A stretch of 58,544 bases of DNA, taken from an uncultured Chthonomonadaceae bacterium. Its GTDB lineage: Bacteria > Armatimonadota > Chthonomonadetes > Chthonomonadales > Chthonomonadaceae. Position numbers and translations under genes: made by a program. The notes under the pieces were generated by a model that made no database searches, was not told the origin of the DNA, and saw nothing but the letters and a program-made list of their open reading frames with translations. Positions 41,496 to 52,638 of this stretch are shown here, piece by piece; the stretch's first letter is position 1, and each line of letters opens with the position of its first letter. Where the stretch lies: NCBI GenBank assembly GCA_963835065.1, contig CAWIEK010000064.1, forward strand, positions 1 to 58,544, in the 5' to 3' direction.

Positions 41496-44400
41496 GTGAT
41501 TGCCCCTTCCCTTGCCGCTGCCGTTGTGGCGTCGGGTTCCGATGCTGAAATGGACGCTGCGGCTGCTGTGCGGATTGTCGAAGTCGTTGCGCTGGAATAC
41601 CCCGAAGATGGTTTTGAATATTGCGGCATGATTCGCGCGAAGGATGCGATGGGCGCGACGATGCTGGAGCAGGCCTTGCAAGTGCGCCGCCGTCCCGAAT
41701 GGCTGGTCAACGCGCGAATCTTGAGCCACTGTGACCTGAATGTTACCCTCCTGTGCCGCCGCTACGATTCCCGGAGGTGGGAGGAAGTCGGGCAAACCAC
41801 CTTCAATCCCGACCGGCACTTGCAGGGCAGCAGCGCGACTGTCGAATTGCCCCTGCCCGGATGGGCGGAAGCGCCCGATCTGAAGTTGCGCGTACGGCTG
41901 GCCCGAACGCAGGCCGAGGAAGCCCGCGACCGGATGCCTTCCGCCGCTGATTTCGGCAGGCCATCGCGGGCTTTCCTTGCCAGAGAAGCCGCGCCCATTG
42001 CCGAAGAACTCGTGATTTCTCTGGAAGAAATCAAAAACATTGCCCCGCTTTCCGCCCCCGAACAAGTCATCGTCAAGGACATCTGGAACAAACTGCTGGC
42101 GTTTCAGGATTTGCTGGTCGAGATGTTCTTTGAGCGCCTGCTGCACGAAGCCCCGGAATTGCTGGAAGACTTTGGGGACGCGGTAGATATTGTGCCTTCC
42201 TACTTCGCCGCCATGTTCGATGTCGCCGTTCGCGCCCTGAACCCCCACACGGAGCGCTGCCTGCGCGAAGCCTACCGGGGCATCTATCCCGCTCCGCCCG
42301 AAGGCTATAAAACCGTTGGGGAGTACGCCGAACTGCTGGCGGATTTGGGGATGCGGCCCCGGCACTGGATGACCGCCCGCCGCGTGTGGGCGTGGACGCT
42401 GTCGCACATTCCCTATCTGGAAGACTATGACCGCGAAAACCTTGCCAAAGGCGTCCATTCGGCGATGTACCGCTTTTTCACGCGCCACCTCCTGCCGCCC
42501 GCGCTGGAAGCGATTCAGGCTTACGATGCCGCGCTGTCGCCGGAAATCATGCGCGAAATGCGCCGGTGCAGCGACATTATCCTGGCCGGCGCGCGGACTA
42601 TCGGCATGGAGTTCTACCGCCTGCTGTTCGAGACCCACCCTGACGCGCTGCCGTTTTTCGGACGCGCCGATATAGATACCCTGTCGGGGCATTTGATGCA
42701 GTCCATCGCGTTTCTGGCGCGCACGGTGGAAGCCGGGCGGAGCGGACTGCGCGAAATGCGCCATTTAAGCCGGTTCCATACGAATGTCGGCGTTCCCCCG
42801 GAAGCGTATCCCAAAATCGCCGGCCCGATGCTGGAAATCATGAAGCGCCATGTACCGGACTTTACGCCCGAATTGGAGCGCGCCTGGTCCCTCGTTTTGA
42901 GCCGCGTGATTACCGTGCTGAAGCAGCCCATGCTGAACCGCGAACGATTGCTCGGTCAGGCGAAAGAGTTTCTGGACGTGATTTCACGGGAGCAGCAATG
43001 GGAGCCGGGGCAATACGAGCGGCGCTGGCGCGAAATCGAGCGCGAAGTGGAAGCGACGGGCGCGTACACGCATACCTACGAAGAGCTGGCGTATGGGGCG
43101 CAGCTCGCGTGGCGCAATGCCTCCAAATGCGTGGGACGCATCGCGTGGCGCAACATGATCGTGCGCGACCTGCGCAATGTGAGCGACCCCGACGCCATGT
43201 TCAAGGAGTGCGTGGAGCATCTGCGCATGGGAACCAATGGCGGCAACATGCAGATCGTGATGAACGTGTTCCGCCCGAAGAAGCCTCTCGAACGCTGGGG
43301 GCCGCGCATCTGGAATTCGCAGTATATTCGTTTCGCCGCCTACGAACAGGAAGACGGCGCGGTTTTGGGCGACCCGGCCAATCTGGAATTGACCAAAGCC
43401 ATTCTGAAACAGGGCTGGACGCCGCCCGAAACCAAAACCCCGTTCGACATTTTGCCGCTCGTGATTGAAGCGCCGGGACACGCGCCCAAAATGTACGAGT
43501 TTGCGCCCGAAGACGTGCTGACCGTGAATCTGGAACATCCCACCCTTCCCGAATTCGCAAGTCTTGGCCTGAAATGGTGCGCCATTCCCGCGATTTCCAA
43601 CTTCCGCATGGACATTGGCGGCATTCAGTACGGCTGCCTGCCTTTCAACGGCTGGTTCATGGAAACGGAAATCGCCCGCAATCTGTGGGAGGATTGGCGC
43701 TATAACAAAGCGGAAGCAATCGCGCAGGCGATGGGATTGGACACATCAAGCGAGCAAACCCTTTGGCGTGACCGGGCGTTTCTGGAACTGAATGTGGCCG
43801 TGCTGCACTCGTTTTCCAAAGCCAAAGTGACGCTTGTGGATCATCAGACAGCCGCGAAACAGTTTATCACGCACGATCAGCGGGAAAAGCGGGCGGGGCG
43901 CGAGTGCCCGGCGCAGTGGTCGTGGGTGGTTCCCCCGGCGGGCGGCTGTACCACAGCCGCGTGGCATCACGAAATGCGCGACTTTTATCTCAGCCCGCAG
44001 TTCCATTACGCGGCGGACAAGTGGGCGGTCATCGGCGCGGAGTTAGCCATTGCCGGCGAGGGCGAGGACACATCGGGCGCAAGCGCGGACCGCGTATTGA
44101 TTTTGTACGGCTCGGAAACCGGCACGGCGGAGAGTTTTGCGCGTCAGGTAGGCCGGCGCCTGGGGCGCTACCGCCCCCGCGTGATGGCGCTGGATGAGTA
44201 CGAGCGAGAGAAACTGCGCGAGGAGCGCCTGCTGCTGGTCGTCACGTCTACCTTTGCGGATGGCGAAATGCCCGGCAACGCCAAACAGTTTTACACATGG
44301 CTGCAGGATCAGCCGGGTGGCTCACTGGACGGCCTGAACTATGCGGTGATGGCGCTTGGCAGCACGGTTTATCCCCATTTCTGCGCGGCGGGCGTCAATC

Positions 44401-46138
44401 TGGATCGGGAGTTGGCGCGGCTGGGCGGCAATCGGGTGATCGCGCTGCACCGGGGCGACGAGATCAAGGGGCAGGCCGAAACATTCCGGCAGTGGCTCGA
44501 ACTGGCCGCGCGCATGTTGGGCGAAGACCCGACGAGTTCCAATGCCGCCGATGCCGCCAATCAAGTCCGGCTGAAAATCACGTTTTTGGAGGACGGAAAC
44601 GCGCCTGAATTGACTTCGGAACCGGCGCGAGTTCGCAATCGCCGCGTACCGGGCGTGGAAGCGCGGGTGACGGCGAACCGCGAACTGCTGAAAGAAGTGA
44701 TTTTAGGCAGCCGTTCCACCCGCTTCCTTGCCTTCGACATTTCGGGCACGGACCTGACGTATGAAACCGGCGACCATGTGGCGATTTATCCGCACAATCC
44801 CACTGCGCTCGTGGAACGAACCTGCCGCCTGCTCCGTGTCAACCCGGACGCGCGGTTTACCACATCTCTGGTTGGGCGTGACGGAAGCGGCGTAGAAGGC
44901 GACACGGCGTATCCCGAACCTGTTACGGCGCGGCAAATTCTGACGGAAGACTTCGATTTGTCCTTGCGCGACCCGTTTGACGAACTGATGGCCGCGCTTG
45001 TCGCGTCGGCCCAAAACGGGGGCGAGAAAGAGCGGCTGCAAGCGTGGGCGGAAACCCTGCGCCGGGGCGATGAGGACGAGGACTGCCGCGCCTTAAAGAA
45101 GCACCTGGGCGACTACTTTATCACGCTTGCCGACCTGCTGGAAGCGTTTCCCTCCGCCACGCCCGCCCTGGAAACGCTGATCGAAATTCTGCCCCGGCAA
45201 AAACCGCGCCTGTATTCCATTTCGTCCTGTTCGCTGCTGCATCCGAAAGAGATTCACGTCACGGTAGGTGTGATTCAAGTGACAACTGAAGGGGGTAAAA
45301 CGCGGCAGGGCTTATGTTCCAACTACCTCGCGTCCCTGAACCCGGAAACCGGCGCAACGGTTCGCCTGACGGTGCGGGCGTCCAATTTCCGCCCGCCGCA
45401 GGATGTGAGCGCCCCATGCTGCTGGTCGGGCCGGGCACGGGGCTTTCCCCGCTGATCGGCTTTTTGCAGTACCGCGAACTGCAATTGGGCCAACTCCGCG
45501 CCGCGCGTTTATTGGAAAGCACCGCCGCGAACAATGGAAACGGGCAGGAAAGCGCAATTTCACCGGAAACCACTGCCGCACTGGAAAACGGGAACGCGCC
45601 CGCAAACGCCGATGGGTTCAAGAACAGCGAGAGCAGCGCGGGAGGCGACAATCCGGCGATGAGTTCCGATCCCGCGATTCTGGTCGGCACGACGCGCCTG
45701 TACTTCGGCTGCCGCAATCTCAACGATTACCTGTATCAGCAGGAATTGGAAGCGTGGCGGGATGCGGGCGTCCTGACACATCTGGAAGTGGCGTTTTCGC
45801 GGCTTGGGGAACAAAAATCCTACGTGCAGCACTTGATCGGGCAGAAGGGGCGCGACATCTGGCAAACGCTGTCGCAGCCCAACTGCCACTATTTTGTGTG
45901 CGGCGACGCGAAAATGGCGGACGACGTGTTCGAGACGCTGATGACGATTGCCAAAACGGAGGGCGGCCTTTCCCACGCGCAGGCGGTGGAGTTCTTCCTG
46001 CAAATGCAGGCGGAAAACCGCTATATCACGGATGTGTGGGGCGTCCTGCTCAACTTTCAGAAGGCGATGGCCGATGTGCAGGAAGCCAAGTACACGCAGG
46101 GCGAGCGCTGGCTCAAGCGCGTCACGGCGGGCGTATAA
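41496..46138 (+). CDS. nos: Multidomain nitric oxide synthase: N-terminal beta domain, two globin-like domains, NOS oxygenase, FMN/FAD/NADPH reductase (frameshift near 45412)
   Basis: AGGAGG RBS before GTG 41496; AWRNASKCVGRIAW heme-thiolate; PFNGWFMETEI; WSWVVPP; YGSETGTAE; PRLYSISS; LVGPGTGLSP; YFGCRN; FVCGD; DVWG. Confidence 0.93.
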
Positions 46139-46239
46139 AGTCATTAATCCATCACACAATGAGAGATAGCCGCCTTTACGAATATGCTCTGCGGCTTTCT
46201 GCGGTATCATTGTAGTAGTTACTGGTGTAGGAGGGAACG

Positions 46240-46530
46240 ATGGAACATTCCGGCTACGATGGTGAGGAAGTGAAGCGGCGGGGTAAGGCGTGGTATGCGC
46301 AAACCGTTCGCGCACAGGTGGAAACCGAGGCCAATATCGGCAAAGTGGTTGTGATTGACGTGGAAACGGGCGCGTATCTGGTAGACGACGATGTTCTCAA
46401 TCCGGTACGCGCCGCGCTTGCGCTGCGGCAGCAACATCCGGGCGCGATGCTGTGGGGCGAACGCATTGGGTACAATGCCGTGTATGCGTTGGGCGGAGCC
46501 GTTCTTTGCAGGTCGGCACAATACTGTTAA
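46240..46530 (+). CDS. Small hypothetical protein (DUF5678-like)
   Basis: GKVVVIDVETGAY...RIGYNAV; GGAGG RBS. Confidence 0.65.
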   Translation: MEHSGYDGEEVKRRGKAWYAQTVRAQVETEANIGKVVVIDVETGAYLVDDDVLNPVRAALALRQQHPGAMLWGERIGYNAVYALGGAVLCRSAQYC

Positions 46531-46582
46531 AACGTCGTTCCCGCAACCCTGAAACTTGAATGATTACCTGACAAGTGACCCA

Positions 46583-47488
46583 CTAATGCCTCGCCGCCTT
46601 CCGGTACGCGGCGGGCGACACGCCCACTTGCCGGGTGAACAGGCGGGAAAAGTAGAAGCGATTGCCGAAGCCACACGCTTCGGCAATCGTATCTATGGTG
46701 TCGTCTGTGAACAGCAATTTTTGCGCGGCCAGTCGGACTCGCCGTTCCTGTATGTACTGCCCCGGCGTTTGCCCCACGCACTCGCGGAAGCGGCGAATGA
46801 AGTGATTTTCGCTCAGGTGGCAGTCCCGCGCAAGTTGGGCAACGGACAACGCGGTTCCCAATTCCCGCTCTACGCGCTCGATGGCTGGCAGGAGGGGCTG
46901 CAGAACGTGGCGTAGTTGATGACTGCGCTGCTGCTGCGCGGGCGACAGGTCGCGCAGGTACAGGGCCAGTCCCTCATACAGCAGCGCCTTTACGCGGCAT
47001 TGCAGCGCAAGGTCGGACTGCGGCGATACCCGCGCCATGTCCGCAAGGATGCTTTGCATGGCCTGCGTCAAACGCGCCTCCTGCGGCAATGGAATAGGAT
47101 GGGCGAACAACTCCCGCATAACCACTTCCGGCAGGCCAATCACATCAAAATGAACATAGAAATGCTGCACCGGATGGGTACAGCGGCAGTTGAATCGCAC
47201 TCCGGCAGGCACAAAGGTCAAGCGTCCGGCTTCCAGTGGGTACAGGCTGTCTGGCAATTCCAGCGCGGCCCCGTCCCGGTCATTGAAGTAGAAGCGCCAG
47301 AAACTGCTTTGCACACTCTGCGCGTTCCAATTCGTGTCTATCGGCAAATAATCCATTTTGAACAGCCGCAAATGCAGATGATCGTCCGCCCATGCTGTTG
47401 CCTGGCCTGCGGTTTCGCGGGTATTCTCCTGAAAATGCCGGTGTTCGGTGTTCAGGTGTTCGGTGTTCGGACAATCCAGCATCTTCAT
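46583..47488 (-). CDS. AraC family transcriptional regulator (start uncertain)
   Basis: LSENHFIRRFRECVGQTPGQY...IAEACGFGNRFYFSRLFTRQVGVSPAAYR. Confidence 0.9.
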   Translation of the reverse strand: MKMLDCPNTEHLNTEHRHFQENTRETAGQATAWADDHLHLRLFKMDYLPIDTNWNAQSVQSSFWRFYFNDRDGAALELPDSLYPLEAGRLTFVPAGVRFNCRCTHPVQHFYVHFDVIGLPEVVMRELFAHPIPLPQEARLTQAMQSILADMARVSPQSDLALQCRVKALLYEGLALYLRDLSPAQQQRSHQLRHVLQPLLPAIERVERELGTALSVAQLARDCHLSENHFIRRFRECVGQTPGQYIQERRVRLAAQKLLFTDDTIDTIAEACGFGNRFYFSRLFTRQVGVSPAAYRKAARH

Positions 47489-47835
47489 GCTCTCAGATGA
47501 ATACCGTTCATGCGGACGCTCCTGAGTAACACTGTGTTTCGCGTTGATGGCGCTGTGTTGGGTGTTGTTCTCTGCTCCGCGCAGGGCTTCGCTGCCGAGA
47601 TTGCGTTTCGTTTCGCGCTTCGCTTCAACCTTTTGTGGCATCTCGTTGCTTCCCGCCTCGCGCCATTGTGGTGAAATCCGATACAAAGCGCGTGAAGATG
47701 TACATGGTATTTCGAGTCGGTGTGGTTGTATAGTATACAAGAGAAGGAGAGTGATGAATGATGAACGATGAACAACTCCCCATACTCATTCATCACTCAT
47801 CACTCATCATTCATCATTTTGCAACTGGAGACCTC

Positions 47836-48768
47836 ATGCCTACCGCCAACATTACCGCCGAAGAATTCAGCCTTGCCAATCTGTCCCGCGTCAGTGTGCA
47901 GGATTTGGAAGTGTTTGCCGACGATTTGGACGTGTCGCGCGCCGCCGCGATTTATCAGGAGCGTGGCTGCCTGGTTGTACGCGGCCTGATGCGAAAGTAT
48001 CTGGCCGACATTCAGCGCGACATTGAAGCCGGGGCGCAGCAGTCCCTTGCCCTGCTGGAACAGGCGAAGCAGGTTCCCGAAGGCTGGGTCACGCCCAACG
48101 GGACGCTGTTTTTGCCCGCGCCCGCCCACTTCGCCCGCGACAAGCAGATCATGGTATTGGGCGCGGTCAGCTATTATACCAGCGCGGCGTTTTTCCAGTC
48201 CGCGTTTGATACGCGCAGCGTAGACATTGTGGAAGCGATTCTTGGCACTGACATCGAACTGTTTTTGAACGGGCAAGTATTGTATAAGGAGCCGGTGGGC
48301 GGGCATCCCAAAAATCTGCATCAGGACTGCGCGTACTTTGAACACAAGTTTGAAGGCCCGGTCGGGCAGTTGAATTACGCCGTTGATACCGATCTGGTGA
48401 ACGGTGCGCTGTACGTGGTTCCGGGTTCGCACCGCCTGGGTACGCTGCATCACATTGACACGTTTTCGCACCTGGGACTTGATCCCAATGCCTGGCCCTG
48501 GGAGGCCGCGCTGCCGATTACGGGGCAGGCAGGCGACTCTATTTTCTTCCACGTCAAGACTATTCACGGCTCGAAAGAAAACCATTCCGAAAAGCCGCGC
48601 CCGGTTTTTATCAACCGTTATCGCCGCGCCGACGATTACGTGGTTGTCAATGCCAGCACGAAAGCCAACCGCGCCGAGAATGAAAAACGGGCGGCGCAGG
48701 CGAATAAAGAGAACCAGAAGGGCTTGATGGTGCGCGGTTTTCGTCCTTTCACCGAGGGAGCGCGGTAA
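47836..48768 (+). CDS. Phytanoyl-CoA dioxygenase (PhyH) family Fe(II)/2OG oxygenase
   Basis: LHQD, NGALYVVPGSH, FHVKTIHGS..N and R; divergent from the AraC gene. Confidence 0.9.
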   Translation: MPTANITAEEFSLANLSRVSVQDLEVFADDLDVSRAAAIYQERGCLVVRGLMRKYLADIQRDIEAGAQQSLALLEQAKQVPEGWVTPNGTLFLPAPAHFARDKQIMVLGAVSYYTSAAFFQSAFDTRSVDIVEAILGTDIELFLNGQVLYKEPVGGHPKNLHQDCAYFEHKFEGPVGQLNYAVDTDLVNGALYVVPGSHRLGTLHHIDTFSHLGLDPNAWPWEAALPITGQAGDSIFFHVKTIHGSKENHSEKPRPVFINRYRRADDYVVVNASTKANRAENEKRAAQANKENQKGLMVRGFRPFTEGAR

Positions 48769-48795
48769 ACTCCTTAACATCTTGTACCCATTGGC

Positions 48796-48936
48796 GCGAC
48801 GCACTGAAGTGCTTCGCTGTCAGGGCGTACCGCCGTTCGTCCACGCAAGTGGACGAGTCCTGCTATACTTTGGCGTTCGTCGGCGAAGGCTGACGAACAG
48901 CCGCAGGCTCTAAAGCGAAGCACTTCAGTGCGTCGC
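48796..48936. repeat. REP/PATE-like palindromic element
   Basis: Perfect 23-bp terminal IR GCGACGCACTGAAGTGCTTCGCT; inner hairpins CGTCCACGCAAGTGGACG and CGTCGGCGAAGGCTGACG. Confidence 0.85.
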
Positions 48937-48961
48937 CACAACACCAACATGAAAGCGGCTT

Positions 48962-49832
48962 ATGACAAACGATACCAATCACTCCACGCCTTTCCGCGTC
49001 GCCGTTGTGCAGATGGACCCGAAGTTGGGCGATATCTCGGACAATCGCGCGCTTGAATTGCGAAAGACCATATTTTGGAAGCGGGCAAGAGCGGGAGCGC
49101 AGCCTTGTTGTTTTTCCCGAGTGCGCGCTTTCCGGCTATGTGTACCATAGCGCCGAAGAAGCGCGTCCGTCTGCCGTTGCCGCCGACAGCGGCACTATCG
49201 GCTTGTTTGCTACCTATTGCCGCCTCGCCAACATCTATGCCATCATTGGTTTTCTGGAACATGAGGAAGCGACGGACACCATTTACAACAGCGCGGCGGT
49301 GATTGGGCCGGAAGGATTGGTTGCCTGTTACCGGAAGTGCCATTTGCCGGTTTTGGGCATAGACCGTTATGTGGGGCGGGGCAATGAACTGCCGATTATC
49401 GAACTGCCGTTTGCGCGCATCGGCATTTTGATTTGTTATGACATGCGCTTTCCCGAAGCCGCCCGCTCGCTGGCGTTGCGGGGCGCGGATGTGCTGGTCG
49501 TGCCTACAAATTGGCCGGAAGGCGCGGACAGCGCGCCGGAGTTTTTGACCCGCGCCCGCGCTTGGGAAAATCGCATGTACGTGGTCGCGTGTAACCGCGT
49601 GGGCGTGGAGCGGGGAACGCGCTTTATCGGGCGCAGCCAGATCGTCGCGCCGGATGGCGCGTTTCTGGCGCAGGCGGACGGGGAAACCGAAACCATCCTG
49701 TACGCCGACATTGACCCGCAAAAAGCGCGGCAAAAGAAAGTGATTTTTGAACCCGGCGTGTTTGAACTCGACCCGGTTGGCGGGCGCAGGCCGGAACTCT
49801 ATGGCGCTTTGACGACAAACGCGCCACAATAA
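48962..49832 (+). CDS. Carbon-nitrogen hydrolase (nitrilase/amidase) family (frameshifts near 49050-49110)
   Basis: VAVVQM, VVFPEC, YRKCHL and ICYDMRFPE (E-K-C triad). Confidence 0.9.
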
Positions 49833-49885
49833 CGGTATAACATAGCAACATTAAACAGACTGCGCGTGAGGAAACAAGGATTGCT

Positions 49886-50416
49886 ATGAACCATCTATTT
49901 ATGCGGCGTTCCAATCTCGACGATTTGCCGCCCCTGCCTGCCCTGCCGCCTGGTTATGTGCTGCGCGAGTACCGCGAAGGCGATATGGACGCGCTTTCCG
50001 ACCTGATGCGCAAAGCGTTTGCCGACGAGCAATGGACACCGGAACGGCTGCGGGGCATCTTGATTGACGCGCCCGACGTGAAGAAAGTGTTTGTCGTTGA
50101 GTTTGGCGGCCATCCGGTTGCCAGCGCGTCCGCCCGCGTTTTGCCGGATAAATATCCGAATTCCGGGTACGTGCATTGGGTTGCCGTTGACCCCGCGCAT
50201 CAGGGGCAGAAATTGGGCTACTTCATCACGCTCGTCACGCTGCACGAGTTCAAGCGCATGGGCCTGCACGACGCCGTGCTGGAAACCGACGACCACCGCC
50301 TGCCCGCGATTAAAACCTATCAGAATTTAGGATTTGCGCCGGAACACCGTCATGACACGCATCTGGAACGCTGGGCGATTGTGATTGGCAATCTGCTCAC
50401 CGCCGCGAATCTGTGA
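49886..50416 (+). CDS. GNAT family N-acetyltransferase
   Basis: VAVDPAHQGQKLG acetyl-CoA motif and AIKTYQNLGF. Confidence 0.9.
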   Translation: MNHLFMRRSNLDDLPPLPALPPGYVLREYREGDMDALSDLMRKAFADEQWTPERLRGILIDAPDVKKVFVVEFGGHPVASASARVLPDKYPNSGYVHWVAVDPAHQGQKLGYFITLVTLHEFKRMGLHDAVLETDDHRLPAIKTYQNLGFAPEHRHDTHLERWAIVIGNLLTAANL

Positions 50417-50485
50417 GGTCGTCCCGGTTGTTGTCTTCCAAGTAACAAATCCTTTAGGGCAGACTTGAGTCTACATAAACGCGAT

Positions 50486-50641
50486 TGTTACTTTGGGAGT
50501 GACCTTGCTCCGCAAGTGGGGATGCTGAACCATGATTTTTATGATTTTTGTGATTACCATGATGAGCCATGCCATGATTAGTTGCTCAAAGTCATGGTTC
50601 AGCATCCCAACCGGCGGAGCAAGGTCACTCCAAAAGTAACA
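50486..50641. repeat. Long inverted-repeat element (MITE-like)
   Basis: About 55-bp imperfect arms TGTTACTTT(G/T)GGAGTGACCTTGCTCCGC...GGGATGCTGAACCATGA enclosing ATGATT-type short repeats. Confidence 0.8.
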
Positions 50642-50675
50642 GCCCTCACACCGGAAATTACCTGGAAGATGAAGA

Positions 50676-51827
50676 ATGAAAGTAAAATGGATGCGGCACG
50701 AATATAAGCGCGAAGTTCTTTTATGGCAGTGGTTTTCTCTTGCGGCGTGTGTGCTGCTGAATTTGTTGGCGCGTGGGGCGGGCGGGCAGCAAGCCACGCT
50801 GATACAGCGTCCTGGCCCGATTTCGCCTGCGCATGTGCTGGTCGTTATCAACTCCAAAAGTCCCGATTCGGTTGCTATCGGGGCGTATTATGTTCAGAAA
50901 CGGCATATTCCGCGCTCCAATGTGTGTACGGTTTCCTGCCCCACTGTGGAAGAGTGTTCCAAAATGGAGTACGAAACGCAGGTGGAAGCGCCCATTATCC
51001 GCTTTCTTTCCCGAACCCTCGGCAGCAACACCCCCACCGATCAATCGTTCGCGCAGTCCATTGACTTTATTGTGCTGACAAAGGGCTTTCCCATTCGCAT
51101 GCACGAGGGGCTATGGAGTACGGACAGCATCCTTGCCTCGCTCGGCCAGACGCTGCGCAAGGATCACATTCCCAACCCCTATTTCAATAAGGCGGAGCGG
51201 TTCACGTTCGCCAAATTCCACTGCCGGCTTGTTACCCGGCTGGAAGGCTATACCCGCGCCGACTGCCTGAAACTTGTGGACAATTCCCTTGCCGCCAAAC
51301 CGCTCAAAGGGCCGTTTTTCCTCCACACGGGGCCGGGGCATGAGGATAACAACTACAAATTCGTCAATGACGGGATGCGCGCGGCGGATTTCCTGCTCAA
51401 AGCCAAAGGGTTCCAAAGCACCCTGGATACGGGCGAGGCGTTTCCGGGAAATCAAAAGAACCTGATGGGCTACTTTTCGTGGGGGAGTAATGACGCGCAT
51501 TTTGATAAAGCCGCGTACAACAGCCTGAGTTTCGCGCCCGGCGGCATTGCGGAAACCGTCGTGTCCACCAGCGGGCGCACGTTCCGCAACCCCGCCGAGC
51601 CGGGGCAATCCCTGATTGCGGACTTAATCGCGCAGGGCGTGACGGGCTGCAAAGGCTACGTGTCCGAACCCTACGCGGACGCCATTGCCCACGCCGGCCT
51701 GCTGTTCGACCGCTACACCAACGGCTTTTCGCTGGCCGAAAGTTTTTACGCGGCCACGCGCTACCTGTGCTGGAAAGATGTCGTCATCGGCGACCCGCTG
51801 TGCGCCCCGTATGCCGCCGCGAAGTAA
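50676..51827 (+). CDS. TIGR03790 family secreted protein
   Basis: VLVVIN..SPDSVAIGAYY, LVTRLEG, YFSWGSND, VSTSGRTF, GYVSEP and GDPL. Confidence 0.8.
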   Translation: MKVKWMRHEYKREVLLWQWFSLAACVLLNLLARGAGGQQATLIQRPGPISPAHVLVVINSKSPDSVAIGAYYVQKRHIPRSNVCTVSCPTVEECSKMEYETQVEAPIIRFLSRTLGSNTPTDQSFAQSIDFIVLTKGFPIRMHEGLWSTDSILASLGQTLRKDHIPNPYFNKAERFTFAKFHCRLVTRLEGYTRADCLKLVDNSLAAKPLKGPFFLHTGPGHEDNNYKFVNDGMRAADFLLKAKGFQSTLDTGEAFPGNQKNLMGYFSWGSNDAHFDKAAYNSLSFAPGGIAETVVSTSGRTFRNPAEPGQSLIADLIAQGVTGCKGYVSEPYADAIAHAGLLFDRYTNGFSLAESFYAATRYLCWKDVVIGDPLCAPYAAAK

Positions 51828-51852
51828 ACGTTTGTTGCTCTGCGTTTTTGCT

Positions 51853-52638
51853 TCACCGCGCGTTCACCGCTTGTTGAGGTAACAGCGCTCCTGCAAAGTC
51901 TTCCAGTCGCGCTGTTGGCTGCGCCACAATTCGGATTGGCTGACCAATGGGACAATGACGGCCTGTGATTTGCAGCGTTTGTATCTCACCTGCTTCTAAT
52001 TGTAACAACTGATGCAACGTTTCCAGTGCCGGCCTGCGCCCTTGCGTATCTGTTTGTGGTTCCTGTGCAGGTTCGGGGCTGTTGGAAGCCGCAAGCCATG
52101 CCGCCGCTTCCATCAATTCCTCAACCGCTCTTTGCGCCGCAGAAGTCGCTTCCTGCCAGCGCAAGGAGTCATAGTCGCCTGTCAGTTCTTCAAGGAGCGG
52201 CAGGCGCAATCCAATCTGACCGCCGCCCGATGGTAACGTCATCATATACAGGTCGCAGGCGCGGCGAAGGTCCTCCAAAAACTGACTGCGGCTGTCTTCT
52301 GTATGGATGCGGGAAGTCAGCGCAACGGCGATGTTCCAAACGCCGGTTTGCAGCGTATGCAGGTAGGCGCTGAGAACACGCGCCGGAATGTCTGCCCCGT
52401 TCTCCTGCGAACCTTCCCGCCGCAGCCAAATGTCGGCCTGACGCTCCAATGCCAATGTAACCCCTGTCATATCGTCCAGTTGTCGCGTAAACTCCTGTAT
52501 CTGCGCCAAAGCCCCTTCCGCCAGAACCGCGTACAGCGCCGGATGTTCAGGCAGTTCCCGCTCCTTGATCGCAGCAAGGGCGCGATACATGCCTCCCAGC
52601 AATTCTACTGTTTGGCTAATTTGCTCGGTTGTTGTCAT
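51853..52638 (-). CDS. Hypothetical protein coupled to the DUF6932 gene
   Basis: ATGA overlap with the upstream gene; helical N-terminus. Confidence 0.65.
   Translation of the reverse strand: MTTTEQISQTVELLGGMYRALAAIKERELPEHPALYAVLAEGALAQIQEFTRQLDDMTGVTLALERQADIWLRREGSQENGADIPARVLSAYLHTLQTGVWNIAVALTSRIHTEDSRSQFLEDLRRACDLYMMTLPSGGGQIGLRLPLLEELTGDYDSLRWQEATSAAQRAVEELMEAAAWLAASNSPEPAQEPQTDTQGRRPALETLHQLLQLEAGEIQTLQITGRHCPIGQPIRIVAQPTARLEDFAGALLPQQAVNAR

Noticed and set aside
45400..45425. Programmed frameshift in nos
   Set aside because: The break is at a short C run with no slippery heptamer, and similar indels hit essential alaS, so assembly error is more likely.
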